Assembly: GCA_964016885.1 (NCBI GenBank)
Contig: OZ024753.1
Location: 6,076,001 to 6,140,000 of the forward strand
Source: Eledone cirrhosa
Lineage: Eukaryota
DNA: 64,000 nt
Direction: 5' to 3'
The notes below the pieces were generated by a model. That model worked only from the letters and a program-made list of their open reading frames with translations, ran no database searches and had not been told where the DNA came from. A program made the position numbers and the translations under genes. This document shows, in pieces, positions 13,300-32,248 of the stretch; position 1 is the stretch's first letter; each line of letters starts with the position of its first letter.

Positions 13300-14330
13300 T
13301 ATATACAAAGAGTGAAATTTAAAACTTAGAAAATATACATGATGAAATATGGAGATTAATATCAATGTATGAAAGTCAAGAGAATAAAAGTATCCCCAAT
13401 TGGATGAATAATGTCTAATCAACACTGAAGAAGAAATATAAAGAGGTGAAGGTGGGGGTAATTGATAAGTATGTTTGCACAAAACTACAGAAATCTAGAG
13501 AAACAAATAACTCAAAATAAAGAGATATAGTATCGCAGATATTCAGAAGTGTCAAAAGATGAGATGGTATTTCTATATTGAACATAAACATTCTGTAGTA
13601 AAGATACTACTTACATTTGAATTAAAAGACATTAAAAACACATGGGGGAGAAGAACTACTAGGTTAGCATTATGGTGTAACAATTACAAGAAAGTATGGT
13701 CCTTAACATTCAGATTACGAAGAGACATTATGTTAATTGTAGCGAACGATACTGAAATGGAATCGGGAAGCATAAGTGGGAGGAGAACAAAACATGCACA
13801 GGTTTGGAGGAGTCAAAATAGATCGAGGGATTTTCAAAACGGATTTCTTATCACTCATACCGTTTGCCAATATACTCGCACTTAAGATAGAATTGAAGTA
13901 AACAAAACCTGGATATAGTTTAGGAAAGTGCGACAAAAGTTTAATCCATTTCCTATTCATGAGTATCCTGAAGTTATATAGCAAAAAAGCAAATGAACTT
14001 GAATCACTTATCAAATCAACGGAAAGAGGCAGCACTGGCATAAAAATTGATTTCGGTATTTTGAAATGTTAATTTTTTGTGAAGAAATACAAAAGAAAAA
14101 TGACGATAAAAAATATTTAAGACATACAGATGGTGGATATAAATATCAAGGCTCTTTCGATGCTAATGGCATAAAGGAAATACTAATGAAAAACAAGATT
14201 AAAGGAGAAAACCTACGAAGGGTAAAGATGATATAAAATTGCAATGAAATCACTAATAGTGACTATCGTCAGATATAAAGCAAGAATAATACATTGAGAA
14301 TTTTAATGGAAAACCAAAGCTTTACACCCA
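13300..14330 (+). mobile_element. Highly decayed Dong/R4-like reverse transcriptase region
   Basis: 13905-14070 reads KPGYSLGKCDKSLIHFLFMSILKLYSKKANELESLIKSTERGSTGIKIDFGILKC, resembling HLLFMDDLKLY...GMEFG..KC. An RGIFQ-like remnant lies near 13825 and GYKY near 14135. Confidence 0.7.
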
Positions 14331-14437
14331 CAATAGAATCCTTCTAAACCAAAAACTGGCAGAGCAATAGATAACTTGTGCTAGGTAAAGTTGGTAACAT
14401 TTTCGATATACACACACAAACACACACACACACACAA

Positions 14438-14596
14438 TTATATAATAAACAACAAGACAAATATTCCAATTACCAAAGGTTTCACGAAGGCAAACCTTTG
14501 GTAAATGGAATAATTGTCTTGTTTATTACATAATTAAATAGCTCTGTAGCATACATGGATCACTCCATTCCGTTACCCTTCCTACGAAAATACTTC

Positions 14597-14600
<4 letters not shown>
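14438..14600 (+). mobile_element. Collapsed fold-back copy of the 61136 HHR element family
   Basis: AAACCTTTGGTAAATGGAATAATTGTCTTGTTTATTACATAATTAAATAGCTCTGTAG matches 61190-61250. It is preceded by its own inverted copy (centre ~14490) and ends at (TA)n. Confidence 0.7.
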
Positions 14601-14645
<45 letters not shown>

Positions 14646-14647
<2 letters not shown>

Positions 14648-14792
14648 CGAAGGAAATATGGTAAGGAACCAGGTGGACCATAACGCACCAAAGTACTCGA
14701 TACTTGAGGTAGTAGAGAGGATAAATTTTCATTTAGTCCAGAATTAGCCGTCGAAACGGCTTGAGCTCAGCTGTCGGGGTCTTACTGGTTCC
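14646..14792 (-). mobile_element. Family B short element with inverted 3' half of a hammerhead
   Basis: Tail matches 9600-9660. GAAACGGCTTGAGCTCAGCTGTC-GG lies on the opposite strand. (TA)n on both sides. Confidence 0.65.
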
Positions 14793-14824
<32 letters not shown>

Positions 14825-16424
14825 CCAACCATCGAGTGCTCTCCCGGGTGAACCTGCAGTAACTCCAAGTTACACCCCCTGGATATATATATATATATAT
14901 ATATATCATTAAACTTTAACGAAAACTTCATATATATTCCATTATATCAGAAATGATTCACTATTTAAAATGTGAAGCACTCATTAATTCCTGATCATCA
15001 CTGAAGGAAAAAGTTAACCATTTGTGCTTGCACTTCTAAGACAAATCCTGGAGTGAACGATATATATATATATATATTTCAATTACTATTGGTTTCATCC
15101 CTTTTCGAATCCATATGGTATAACTTAGGAATGGAACGTATGTAATATGATTGCTCAAACCATTCTTATTTTTCAATATTCGGAGTTATATATATTTTAC
15201 ATATCCTAATTTAGCTGTTAGAAATAGGAACCGAATATTATTTAAGTGTTATCTACAACACATACGGGAAGTTAAATGTCATCCAATTTACGTTATGAAG
15301 CTGGAGATATGAAGCTTCCTTTGGAAACTTCATATAATTTAGAAAATTCTATTTAGATGTACTTATGTTTTCTAGACGTTAACTCATATTAATTATATTC
15401 TATAACCATATGCTGAAGTTATTTCAAAATATATCTGAATTATGAGATGCTTTGAATGAAAGATGTGTAAATTTTCCATAATATTATTAGCTAGGAAAAT
15501 TAAGTGAAATGGTATGAAATTGCAAGCATAACTAGAGAATTCAATTCCATAGATGTTAACCTCTTGCTCAAAATCATTAATACGGCAGCACAAAAGGCAT
15601 TATATACTTTATGGTCGGATAGATTTAATATGTTCTCTTCAATCTAAATTATACAAGCTTTGTTTTATCTCATTTTTCCATGCGGTAACGTCTTTAGATT
15701 TATGTATGCTCTGGTCTTCTCAAAAGATATAATAGTATATATAGAGTAATGTAAATGCTAAAGGGTTAATGCTTGTTTTAATTACTGTTTACGAATACAC
15801 ATTATGTCACTTGTTTTTACCTGTCTTCAAAAGAAAAATAATGTTCGAGTTAGCTGTGCCGGAATAATCTTCCTTTTTTACTACTCGCTATCATATCTGC
15901 AATGGACGTTTCTAAAAACACTATAACCTTTAAAAACAAGGAATTCGAACGAGTACGCATATAGTTTGGCTGGATAGACAGTACCTGATTCGATACATAA
16001 TGTATATTCTAGCAATGTTAAGTAATAGTATATATATATATCTAAAATATGTGTAAGTGTAGACTAACCATTTCCGTTGATTACATGGACGTCGTTGTTG
16101 GAAACAGGCAGTTATATCACCTACCTGTATTGATCTTTAATGGGAAAACGCTGTGAAATTAAACTTATATAGAGGTGGGCAGGAATGAAGTATAATTAAG
16201 TTGTCGATCTGTCGTATAGTAAACCAGCAGCGTTATTTAACTCTGATGTGTTTCATAGCGTTGGTCGGTATAGCACAATATTTGAAAACATGATTATTGA
16301 CATATCTGGAAACAATGAATACCATGTAAAATGTGCAATATATTCATTTGCGTTTGAAATTCAAACCTTTCGAGATGCAAATTAAATGTAAAATTTCCCA
16401 TGGGTGATGCTATTAGAACTAATA

Positions 16425-16630
16425 TTATTTCTACTTTAGCCACAAAGCCAGCAATTTGAAGGGGAGGGGAATGTCGATTAAAGCGACGACTGTTCATTAG
16501 TGGTGCTTTATTATTGAACCTGTGGTGATGAAAGGCAAAGCTAACCTCGCCGGGATTTGAACACAGAACGTACATAGCCGTCACATTATGCCGCGAAGCA
16601 TAGTCTCCGACGTTCTACCGATGCTCCAAT
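16425..16630 (-). mobile_element. SINE family 1 diverged copy
   Basis: GATGAAAGGCAAAGCTAACCTCGCCGGGATTTGAAC core. Confidence 0.75.
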
Positions 16631-16659
16631 ACACTACCCCTATAATATACACCACCCTA

Positions 16660-21000
<4,341 letters not shown>

Positions 21001-21117
21001 AGACATAGAATATTCGAAAATATTCTGTATGTTTATAATAAACATTTTGAAGACCTAATCGCTATAGAATAGAATACGTCACGTATTACAATTAGATTCT
21101 CGACAAAAGCAAGGGAA

Positions 21118-21160
21118 GTAATCTACGCGTTTCATTCTCGTTAGAAATCATCAGGACTAC
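21118..21160 (-). ncRNA. Canonical minimal type I hammerhead ribozyme (Penelope-type)
   Basis: RC: gtagtc CTGATGA tttct-aacg-agaat GAA acgcgt A gattac. Stem I is 6 bp, stem III is the palindrome ACGCGT, and the cleavage triplet is GUA. Confidence 0.88.
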
Positions 21161-21223
21161 ATATCCAGTGCTTTTATCGAGAATGACACAGCTAGAGACT
21201 TATAGAATACTTAGCTGTGTACA

Positions 21224-21423
21224 NNNNNNNNNNNNNNNNNNNNNNNNNNNNNNNNNNNNNNNNNNNNNNNNNNNNNNNNNNNNNNNNNNNNNNNNNNNNN
21301 NNNNNNNNNNNNNNNNNNNNNNNNNNNNNNNNNNNNNNNNNNNNNNNNNNNNNNNNNNNNNNNNNNNNNNNNNNNNNNNNNNNNNNNNNNNNNNNNNNNN
21401 NNNNNNNNNNNNNNNNNNNNNNN
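21224..21423. other. Assembly gap (200 N)
   Basis: Run of N. Confidence 1.
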
Positions 21424-21930
21424 ATTATATATAATATATATATATTATATATAATATATATATATATTATATATATATATATTATATATAATATATATAT
21501 ATATTATATATATAGATATTATATATAATATATATATATTATATATAATATATATATATTATATATAATATATATATATTATATATAATATATATATATT
21601 ATATATAATATATATTATATATAATATATATTATATATAATATATATATATTATATATATATATATTATATATATTATATATAATATATATATTATATAT
21701 AATATATATATATTATATATATATATATTATATATATATATATTATATATAATATATATATATTATATATATATATATTATATATAATATATATATTATA
21801 TATAATATATATATTATATATAATATATTTATATATAATATATTTATATATTATATATATTATATATTATATATATTATATATATTATATATTATATATA
21901 TTATATATATTATATATACATATATATATA
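21424..21930. repeat. AT-only microsatellite
   Basis: Direct inspection. Confidence 0.95.
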
Positions 21931-23011
21931 TTCACATAAAAAGTGAGTGGTGCACATTTTACCTCAGAAATAAAATCTGTATTCCTTTTGTTATTAACAA
22001 TTTATTATTATTTACTTTGCTGTATATCGATGTTGTCTGTCGTAAATATAGCAATGCATTATAATTACTGAGAAATAAGATACAGAAGAATAAAATAAAG
22101 CTAGAAGGTAGTTCACACCTTTGTATTATCCTTCAGAATTTTCTCACATAATCCGAAAACGTCTATGATTAGTTTGTTCTAATGTATATTTCTAGCTATA
22201 ATCTACTTAGTAAAGCTTCCATGATTAGTCTAATATGTTCTTAGGTATATTTATATCTATAAACTTCAGAGTAAAACATTATCTCTTCATCAACATTCTT
22301 TGTTACCGACAAAAATTATACAGTCTCGAATCTTCTGGAAGGCGAGTGTCTATAATTGAGGGGCGTGCTATTTAGATGTAATCACTTGAGTATTTGGTAT
22401 TATAAATAGCTGACCTTCATTGTCTTAAATGTTATATTTGCAGCACAGGCCCTCTACATTTCTATTAGTGATCTTGAATACGTAGAATAAGTTAAAGAGC
22501 TGAGGATTGAATCTTCTGAAAACTGTAGCCAATACTATTGAGCACATTAGCACAATAAGTGACGAGGATTTGACTCAGCTTCGATGTGTCAACTACAAGA
22601 TCCACTTGGTCGGAAAAAACATCATTTATCAGACGCCTATCAGACACAACAAAGAAAAGCTTAATGCAGCTGTGGTCAAATAGGAATGACAACTGGTGCT
22701 ATGATAGGGCACGCACATCTGGCCACTGACATTGATTGTTTAAATAGATGTGAAAAATAATTCTATCGATTGTGTTCGTGACCGAATGGTGTGAACCAAA
22801 GGAATATGCAGCAAGATCACCAGCAGGCCCCTCAATCTCATCCCACTGGGGGAGACAAAAAGCAGGTGGGCAACTAGAAGCCAAGACCTGTGAAGGCCCA
22901 CCTGTCTTAAAATGTAAGGTGGAAACAGATGCGTGATGGGTGTTCTTCCTCAGAAGATCCTCCGCCTGCCCTCTTCCCCCGTCGCGAGTTTCCACCTATC
23001 ATATCCTTTTA

Positions 23012-23150
23012 TTCTCTCTCTCTCTCTCTCTTTCTATCTCTCTCTCTATCTCTATCTCTCTCTCTCTCTATCTCTTTCTTTCTCTCTCTCTCCCTCTCCC
23101 TCTATCTCTCTCTCTCTCTCTCCCTCCTCTCTCTCTCTCTCTCTCTCTCA
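23012..23150. repeat. (CT)n microsatellite
   Basis: Direct inspection. Confidence 0.95.
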
Positions 23151-25882
23151 TATACACAGAGGGGAAAAGAAGTGGGCTTGTGATACAGTAGGCACTACAT
23201 CAAACATCAGCAAAATTGTAATCAATTCACATCCAATATATTGAAATAAACAAATAGAACCTTATATAATTCATTCATAAATAACCGTAAATCTAGGCTA
23301 AATATTTCCTGAACCTGCTCAGCTAGATATAGCAGCTAATCTCACCAAATAGCGAAATAATTACTGACAGGAGAAAGGATAGGAACTGATCACCAAATCG
23401 TGAACTATCTTTCTGTCACTGATACAATCGGCCAGTCACTATTTCCAGTAGAATGACACAAGCGTCTTCTTTTATCCCAGTGTACAATACGAATTAGATA
23501 AGATGAAGAGACATGACCGATTATTTTACTGTTTCATCAGCCCAACATTCATTGCCTGCTTCGTAATTTAGACTTAGAAAAAATGAAAGTCTAAATCGAA
23601 ACTGTTGTTTGGAACTGGGAGCGACGAGAGCCAGAATTAAATACAGCAATTCATCCGAAGATTTAACGGCTTTCTCAGTTTGCATTCCGGAAATAGGAGG
23701 GATATTTCCAATATTATAGTCCTGGAATAAAGTAAAAGGTCAAATATTCATACAAGGACCACCTTTGATCACATGTTTGCTCAAACAGAGCATCTGAGCT
23801 GATCTTTACCAAACCAATAAACAGGAATATCAACAACAGTTACAAAAGCGAAAACGATCAACTATTTTTTGTATAGTTTGAATTTAAAAAAATCCAGTGT
23901 GTATACTCCCAAACTAAGTATAGCAGTGAATTAAAATTATGTGCAATTTCTTTTACTCATACTCCACATCCATATTAGAAAATATAGTTTACATTGAAAA
24001 TATGTGAGCGGGAGTCATAATTAATTTCAAAACCACTGGGGTTAAGTTTCAATGACCGCAAACACGATATAAAGGTCAGGGCGGTCATTTTATTGTATTT
24101 GTTTCTTGTGTTCTGTGTTTTGTTACATTTATCCCCCGTTTTCTCTGTTTGTTGTTTGATATTGCAGTGTATTGTGATTTTCGCTTCTTTTGTTTCCTCT
24201 TTTATTTTTTCTATTAATATTCGTATTATATTTTGCTGTTGGCATTAAACAGTTATAGCTGCTGCAGTTTTATATTTGTTTTGGTGAATCAAGTAATTAC
24301 TCGTAACTTTTTATAATCTCATAAAATAAAAATTCATCACTCTCTCCATTCTCTATTTTCACTTCCCCTCACTACTTTCCTCTTTTCTCTGTTTCAATAA
24401 CTAGCTTTTCTTTCTTTTTCCTGTGGTTCTGTATCTTCCCCTCTCATTGTATAAGAAAGACTTTGATCAGTGGTCTGCTAGCGATTCTTACCATTCCTTA
24501 ATCGACTTTTCTGACATGATTCTATTCAGCTTAGATTAAAGTTTTTGTTTTTAACTTATTTTCACCGCTTCTCCCTGTAATAGAACTCGTCGATTTTTTT
24601 TTTGTGTGTTCTTACAAATTTGAGACTGCGAATGGATTCTTTTTGATCAATGTACCGTGATATTAATATTTGGCAATATAATCATCTTGTATATGTAGCT
24701 CGTTTTATTTTGGACCAGTCTTTCTATTTTCATTGTGTTGTGTGTTGAAATGGAGTTGTGTATATCTCTTAATACATCAATGGTGTGTATTTCTCTGTAT
24801 GCTTCGGTGGGTCTTATGTTTATGGAAAACTAGTATTGCTATGAACTTGCCAAAACTTGCGAAACTGGAACAAACTTTTACCAACGAATAATTGTTACGT
24901 GTGTCCATCTTGTGGAGTAAACATAATTCCCAGTAATACCTAATTTGTGGTGCAAATTCTATACCACTTGATTTGCTCCACACTTTGAAAAGATTTAGCT
25001 GGAATTTGCCTTCTAACAAGAACGACGGAACAGAACTGATTTACACCCCTAAAAGGAGGGTTGAGAGAGAGGGAGAGAGAGTTTGAGAGAGTTTGGGATA
25101 TATAGGAATATCCAGCACCAGTACTGGTCTATTGCTTTATTTATCGAACATTAAAACATAAAAAAAGCAATGTTGGTATAGATATCTTTCTATCTATCAT
25201 TCTTATGATTCTGCAAGTTGATGCACTGGGAGATGTTACTCTTTTTACCAATTACCGCAATAAATTTAATAATATGTTGAAACACTTATGTTAATAAATA
25301 TAAAGGCAATATGAAGTTATTTATATAGGAAATATCTATATTTCCGCCATCTATTATTTTCAAACTTCATTTTTTTCAATACAAATAACGATGGGTATGT
25401 CCTCATAAATATTACTAGGCTACATTTCAATACATATAGAGTCAATGTGCGAAAACGTTAAGTAGATTGAAAGTCAACAAATTCTATGTATAATACTTCG
25501 TAATGACTGAATCGTGTTGAGGGTTAATTTATGGATTCTGAGAACAATTAGATTCTCTTATGAGCATTTATACTTGAAACCATAAATTATTGCTTTTTAC
25601 CATGAAGTTCACATATATCTGTGGAACGCAAAACAATATGAAACAGATATAAATGTATGCAAATGATAGATGCAGTTGGGGTATATGCAGGTGAAATCCC
25701 GAGGGGTGTAAAAGACGTGACAACCAACTCAGCGATTGAGCCACGTTAGAAGATACGCGATATACAATAAATTCTGTGGTCATATGCAAAGGATATGTGA
25801 AAATGTGGCCGATACATAAGGTCAAAGTGATCTGTGACAACCCATTCAAATATTAATAGCAGGGAAATGAGTAGTTAAATTG

Positions 25883-25921
<39 letters not shown>

Positions 25922-26289
25922 TATATGTGTGTGTGTGTGTTGTAGTTTGCTTGAAGCATTGTTGAATAGGAGATATAAATTTAAATAATTTAAAATTTCA
26001 TACAATGCTTTAAAACATTAAAGGTGCCAAGATAGCAAATTTAATTATCCCAAATATTTTCGGGTTTAAAACCCACTATCAAGGGAGTATCCCTATGAAG
26101 TTCTCAAAGAATCGATCATGATTTGTTGTTAGGATGGCAGATCTGATTTAAATGTTTCATAATGGGTTTTTAAATCCGCAAATCTTTGGGATAATTATAT
26201 TTGCCATGGTAAAATGCTATCGTTATCTTGTCACCTTTAATTTTCTAATGCATTGTATTGCTTTTAAAATGATAATCACCGACACTTCT

Positions 26290-26899
26290 GCATGCACGGT
26301 AGAGCAGTTTACCAGTGCAGGGTTATTACTTCCCAACTCGACACATACATAGGAACAGCGTCCACAAGCTTCAAGGACAGGTGGTATAGTCAATGCGACT
26401 ATAACAGGAGCGATAAACGGAAAAATACGGCCCTGATCTGGAAGCTCAAGTTGGTCCGAGATTAAGGAGGTATCCCCAGGCGGAGGCGGGTCTGGCATTT
26501 ACAGACCCAATGAGAGTGAAACCCTCGTAATACTCGGGGGTGGAATAAAAATAATCGATCGTAGGGCAGATTTCGTTGGTGCTTGCAGTCACCTAAGGAC
26601 GGGAACATTCCTCAAGCTATAGGGGAGAGGGGGGGGGGGGCAACGCTGCCGTTCTGAGTCCAAGATGGACCACCCCGCCTACTACTCCTATCTCGTCTTG
26701 TCTCTATCAGCCTCTTGACGTATCCTAGGGTCACACAAACATCTCGGTTGAACCCAAGGCTTAAATTGCCTTTGATTTCCCTTTTTCATTTCCCCGTTCA
26801 AATTCTAGCTGTCTGATGAGCGCATAGTTGTTGCATAACGGTTTTCACCGAAATATATATAACAGCGACTATTATTAAACGAAGTTAATATTACTTCAT

Positions 26900-26905
<6 letters not shown>
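26290..26905 (+). mobile_element. Penelope-like element 3' relic: GIY-YIG endonuclease fragment, 3' UTR/pLTR and hammerhead
   Basis: 26304-26450 reads AVYQCRVITSQLDTYIGTASTSFKDRWYSQ...KNTALIWKLK, matching the VY..YIG...FK.R motif of PLE GIY-YIG domains. A hammerhead follows on the same strand at 26808-26866, then (TA)n. Confidence 0.8.
26808..26866 (+). ncRNA. Type I hammerhead ribozyme motif
   Basis: gctgt CTGATGA gcgcatagttgttgcataacggttttcacc GAA atatatat A acagc. Stem I is a perfect 5 bp and stem III is palindromic. Confidence 0.8.
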
Positions 26906-26941
<36 letters not shown>

Positions 26942-27769
26942 CATATAATATATATATATATGTGTGTGTGTGTGTTAATATACATACATCATTCATATAA
27001 ATAAATCTGTATGTACATACATACATATATATGTGTGTGTCTGTGTGTGTATTATTCCATTCTTTCATTAGTTTCCTCCATTTGATGCGACAAGCCTATT
27101 CTCTTTAATTATAATTTGATTTTTGGCATTACTTTATAACTAGATTTGTAGAGATTTTCTTACTACTTTGGATGTACGTGCAGCAGTTATCTTTCGCTTC
27201 ATATAAATTAGTGATAATAAATAAGATTTTACTCATAAACTCGGTCGACATTGCAGCCTTTTTAGACTGTCGATAAAATTCCGCTCTCCTATTGTTTGTC
27301 TACTCTGCAATCATTACACCACACGGTTTTTACGCGAGATGTTAATGAAGTGTATATAATGTAGGTTACTAATTATGTTGATACACCTTTGCAGGTGTTA
27401 CAAAGAAGACATCATTAATCGTGTATATGAGATAATTAACTACAACTTGCTGCTGTTACTATATATTTCGAACGTGTTAATCAGTGTAACGAACTTAACT
27501 AAGATATTCTTGAACTTTGCCAAATCAAATATATTTACTCTTGCTTTATCTGAAGCGTATAACATGAGTAACATAACTTACATGTGAAATATTTCGCCGT
27601 TACATTTCATTTCGTAGTTGGGCTCAGCATTCAAATCCTGACCACAGCGAATGTTTTGTGTGTGTGACAGCTCACACCTATACAGGTTTAGCTGGACTCC
27701 GCCAAGGTATATCTCGTTGGAGGTGTCTTGGGTGATTTAATGATAGGTATCCCAATTCTATTATCTCAT

Positions 27770-27903
27770 TTCTACAGCTGAGTAAACTGGAGCAACGTGA
27801 AATAGTGTCTTGCTCAAGGAAACAACATATTACTCGGTCCGAGAATTGAACTCACAACCTTTAGATTGCAAGCCCAATGCTCTAACCATTAACCCATGCG
27901 CCT
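27770..27903 (-). mobile_element. tRNA-derived SINE (family 2)
   Basis: GGAGCAACGTGAAAT..GTGTCTTGCTCAAGGA...GAATTGAACTCACAACC; related to 40490-40610. Confidence 0.75.
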
Positions 27904-28002
27904 GTTTTAAACCTGAGTGATTAAACAAGAAAGGCAATAATTAAACATGGCCTACAATGCCATGGCCATCCTAAGGTGAGAATTATATTCGAATCCTCAT
28001 AT

Positions 28003-28285
28003 TCACTTCTTCGGCCGAGTTTTCACTTGCAAAGATTCAGCACTCTTTCTCCAATCGTCCCGGTCGAGCATGAACTTTCTTAGTTCGTCGATGTTATCCA
28101 TGTTGGCATCTCTCAGCAGGGTATCAATGAATGGGACGGCCTGTCTCCCAACCGATGGTTTCCAGAACACAAGTTGTGACGCTATCTCTTCTGGGTGACA
28201 GATGCAGTACCCAGCCAGTTTCATTCGTCTGCAGCCAACCTTTTTTGAGACTGGTGGTAGTGATCTATATAGTTCCTTATTTAAT
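28003..28285 (-). mobile_element. RTE-like LINE ORF 3' end
   Basis: KELYRSLPPVSKKVGCRRMKLAGYCICHPEEIASQLVFW...GRQ..FIDTL...MLDRDDWRK is a typical non-LTR C-terminus. Confidence 0.75.
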
Positions 28286-29034
28286 ACGAATGTATTGTCC
28301 GATTTGTTCAAATGATAAATATCGGAAACATTCTGAATATTTGATATCGGTTAACATTCCTGGGGCGATCAACCAAAACCTCTCAGCTCATATAAAACTC
28401 GAAATATCTTCTCATTGCATTCCTATAGAAATATTTAATTATCACTCTTGTTCTTTTTTCAGCATGCAATTCTGTTATTTTAGAAATGCGTTAATGCACC
28501 ATTGTTAAATATAATTATTTTCTATTGGTGTGTTTAGCTTTTTATATTTTCATTCAATCACACAACTGGTTATTCATGATGCACATATATATGTCAAATT
28601 TATTTTATATGCTATATCAAGACATTTATGTGATTAAAGAATGCAATTCAGCAATAAACAGAACATGTATTAAAGAAAGAAGATTCGTCCGCAAATTCGT
28701 TGGAACTTATTGCGTTGCTTTGCTTCCCTTCATATATATCAATCTAGTGCATACGCACGTATATACAGGAAAATACATAAATATATACATTATATGTATA
28801 TATATACACACAGATCTATTTCAGGAACCTAGCAAATTGACACGATACGCTAGCGTGAGGGGGCTTCCTTCTCTGAAGACCTGCTGATCAGCTCCCTTGA
28901 GTTTTTTGATCATTGAGGCTTTAGAAATTGACGTTTATTGAATGCAGTGTGATTTCGTTGTTTTTGGTTGTTTTTTTTTTTAACTAATTATTAATTCGAA
29001 AATAATGTATATGTATTAGTATACATATACATTA

Positions 29035-29074
<40 letters not shown>

Positions 29075-30002
29075 GACTATTTATATTGAATTATCTTTTA
29101 TAATGAGAATATTTTCATACATATTACCATATTGTTTAACTATATTTGAGTGTATTGTGTAGGAGAAATTATGTAATTTCACTGATCATACCTCATCTTA
29201 CAAGGTAAATCCACAATGAAAAGGTAATATACTCACGTTTGAGAATACATAATGATTACATCATATGTTTACACATGTAAAGATACATCACACGCATACA
29301 CACACACACACAAATATATATGTATATGAAGTCTTACATAAAGAAACATACATATATATCTATGTGTTTTCCATTTCCTTGGAATATACCACTAAACAGT
29401 AGCAAAATAAATGTATCGGAGTCCTACTAGAAATCACAGTGACAGCTATCGAATGCATGCTACTAAAGTGAAAATAACATAACACATTATAAAAGACATG
29501 ATAATCCGGGTGCCAATAGAAAAACCACTGATTTTATGCATTTTCCTTATATGATTTATGATTTTGTTCTCAGATATATAATGATTGATGTGTATATTTC
29601 CTACTGGATAGTATTCCGCATGGAAGCTCCAGTTGGAGAAAGGAAATGTAAAGAATTTTCTGACAAACAATAGAAGCGAACAGAATGTAATTAACATTTG
29701 TCGTAATGTTTGAAGTTCGTGTGCATATAGATCCTAACGTGAACCATACTATCAATTCTTGTTGCTGATATGATACAGTGCAATATAAAGAATTCTTTAT
29801 AAACTAGTAATAGTTGTCAAATATGTTTTTCGTACTCGATAAAAACAAATAAACAACTGAATAATCAAATCTCTCCACGTTTAGATAAGAAAAAACGCAT
29901 ATTGATACAATGGCTATGAATGACATATTTCAAACAAGAAATGACTTATACACACGCGTAAAAAACACAAAGCAATCACACGCATTCACACATTAAATAT
30001 AT

Positions 30003-30135
30003 CAGGATGATTTCAAACAAATGAAAGAGTCCTAGACCTGTAGAAGTCATTTCCATATTAAATAAGGATATTCGCACTCTACTAATGTATTGAGTAAGGT
30101 TTTAACAGTGGTTAACCCTGATCTCACTGGGATCT
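30003..30135 (+). mobile_element. Diverged copy of family A HHR element (relatives at 43951 and 56665)
   Basis: GGATGATTTCAAACAAATGAAAGAGTCCTAGACCTGTAGAAGTC...AATGTATTGAGTA...GTGGTTA aligns by eye with 56733-56840; core mutated. Confidence 0.6.
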
Positions 30136-30164
30136 ACTCACACAAACATATATATTAAATACAT

Positions 30165-30210
30165 ATAGATGATTCTTGAAAGAAACATAAATCTCGTTCG
30201 TCAGAAAAAA
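30165..30210 (-). mobile_element. Truncated 5' half of the 61136-family hammerhead
   Basis: RC TTCTGACGAACGAGATTTATGTTTCTTTCAAGAATCATCTA resembles TTCTGATGAACGATATTAGACGTTTCTGTTAGAATCGTCTA. Confidence 0.55.
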
Positions 30211-30212
30211 CA

Positions 30213-30677
30213 AATATATATGTATATATATATGTATATGTATATATATGTATATATATATGTATATATATGTGTATATATATTTGTATATATATGTGTA
30301 TATATATGTATATATATATATATATGTATATATATGTGTATATATATGTGTATATATATGTATATATGTGTATATGTGTATATATATGTGTATATATATG
30401 TGTATATATGTGTATATATGTGTATATATATGTGTATATATGTGTATATATATGTGTATATATATGTGTATATATATGTATATATATGTATATATATGTG
30501 TATATATATGTATATATATATGTATATATATATGTATATATATATGTATATATATATATATGTATATATATATGTATATATATGTATATATATATGTATA
30601 TATATGTATATATATATGTATATATATGTGTATATATATGTGTATATATGTGTATATATATATATATATGTGTATAT

Positions 30678-30711
<34 letters not shown>

Positions 30712-30874
30712 ATGTATATATATATATGTATATATATGTGTGTATATATATATATATATGTATATATATGTGTATATATATATATATGTATATATATGTG
30801 TATATATATGTGTATATATATGTGTATATGTGTATATGTGTATATATGTGTGTATATATGTGTATATATATGTG

Positions 30875-30905
<31 letters not shown>

Positions 30906-32215
30906 GTGTATATATATGTGTATATATATGTGTATATATATGTGTATATGTGTATATATATGTGTATATATGTGTATATATGTGTATATATATGTGTATA
31001 TATATGTATATATGTGTATATATGTGTATATATATGTGTATATATATGTATATATATGTGTATATATATGTATATATATGTGTATATATATGTATATATA
31101 TATGTATATATATATGTATATATATATGTATATATATATGTATATATATATGTATATATATGTATATATATGTATATATATGTATATATATATGTATATA
31201 TATGTATATATATATGTATATATATGTATATATATATGTATATATATGTATATATATATGTATATATATGTATATATATATGTATATATATGTATATATA
31301 TATGTATATATATGTATATATATATGTATATATATGTATATATATATGTATATATATATGTATATATATATGTATATATATATGTATATATATATGTATA
31401 TATATATGTATATATATATGTATATATATATGTATATATATATGTATATATATATGTATATATATATGTATATATATATGTATATATATATGTATATATA
31501 TATGTATATATATATGTATATATATATGTATATATATATGTATATATATATGTATATATATATGTATATGTATATATGTGTATATATATGTGTATATATG
31601 TGTATATATATGTGTATATATATGTATATATATATGTATATATGTGTGTATATATGTGTGTATATATGTGTATATATATGTATATATATGTGTATATATA
31701 TGTGTATATATATATGTATATATATGTGTATATATATGTGTATATATATGTGTATATATATGTGTATATATATGTGTATATATATGTGTATATATATGTG
31801 TATATATATGTGTATATATATGTATATATATATGTATATATATGTATGTATATATATGTATATATATGTATGTATATGTATGTATATATATGTATATATG
31901 TATATGTATGTATATATATGTATATATATATATGTATATATATATATGTATATATATATGTATGTATATGTATATGTATATATATATATGTATGTATATG
32001 TATATGTATATATATATATGTATGTATATGTATATGTATATATATATATGTATATGTATATGTATATATATATATGTTTATGTATATATATATATGTATA
32101 TGTATATATATATGTATATATATATGTATATGTATATATATATGTATATGTGTATATGTATATATGTATATGTATATATGTATATGTATATATGTATATA
32201 TATATATATATATAT
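30213..32215. repeat. ~2 kb (TA)n/(TATG) array
   Basis: Direct inspection. Confidence 0.97.
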
Positions 32216-32248
32216 GGAAAATAATGAAATTTCATTTCTCACTTTTAG

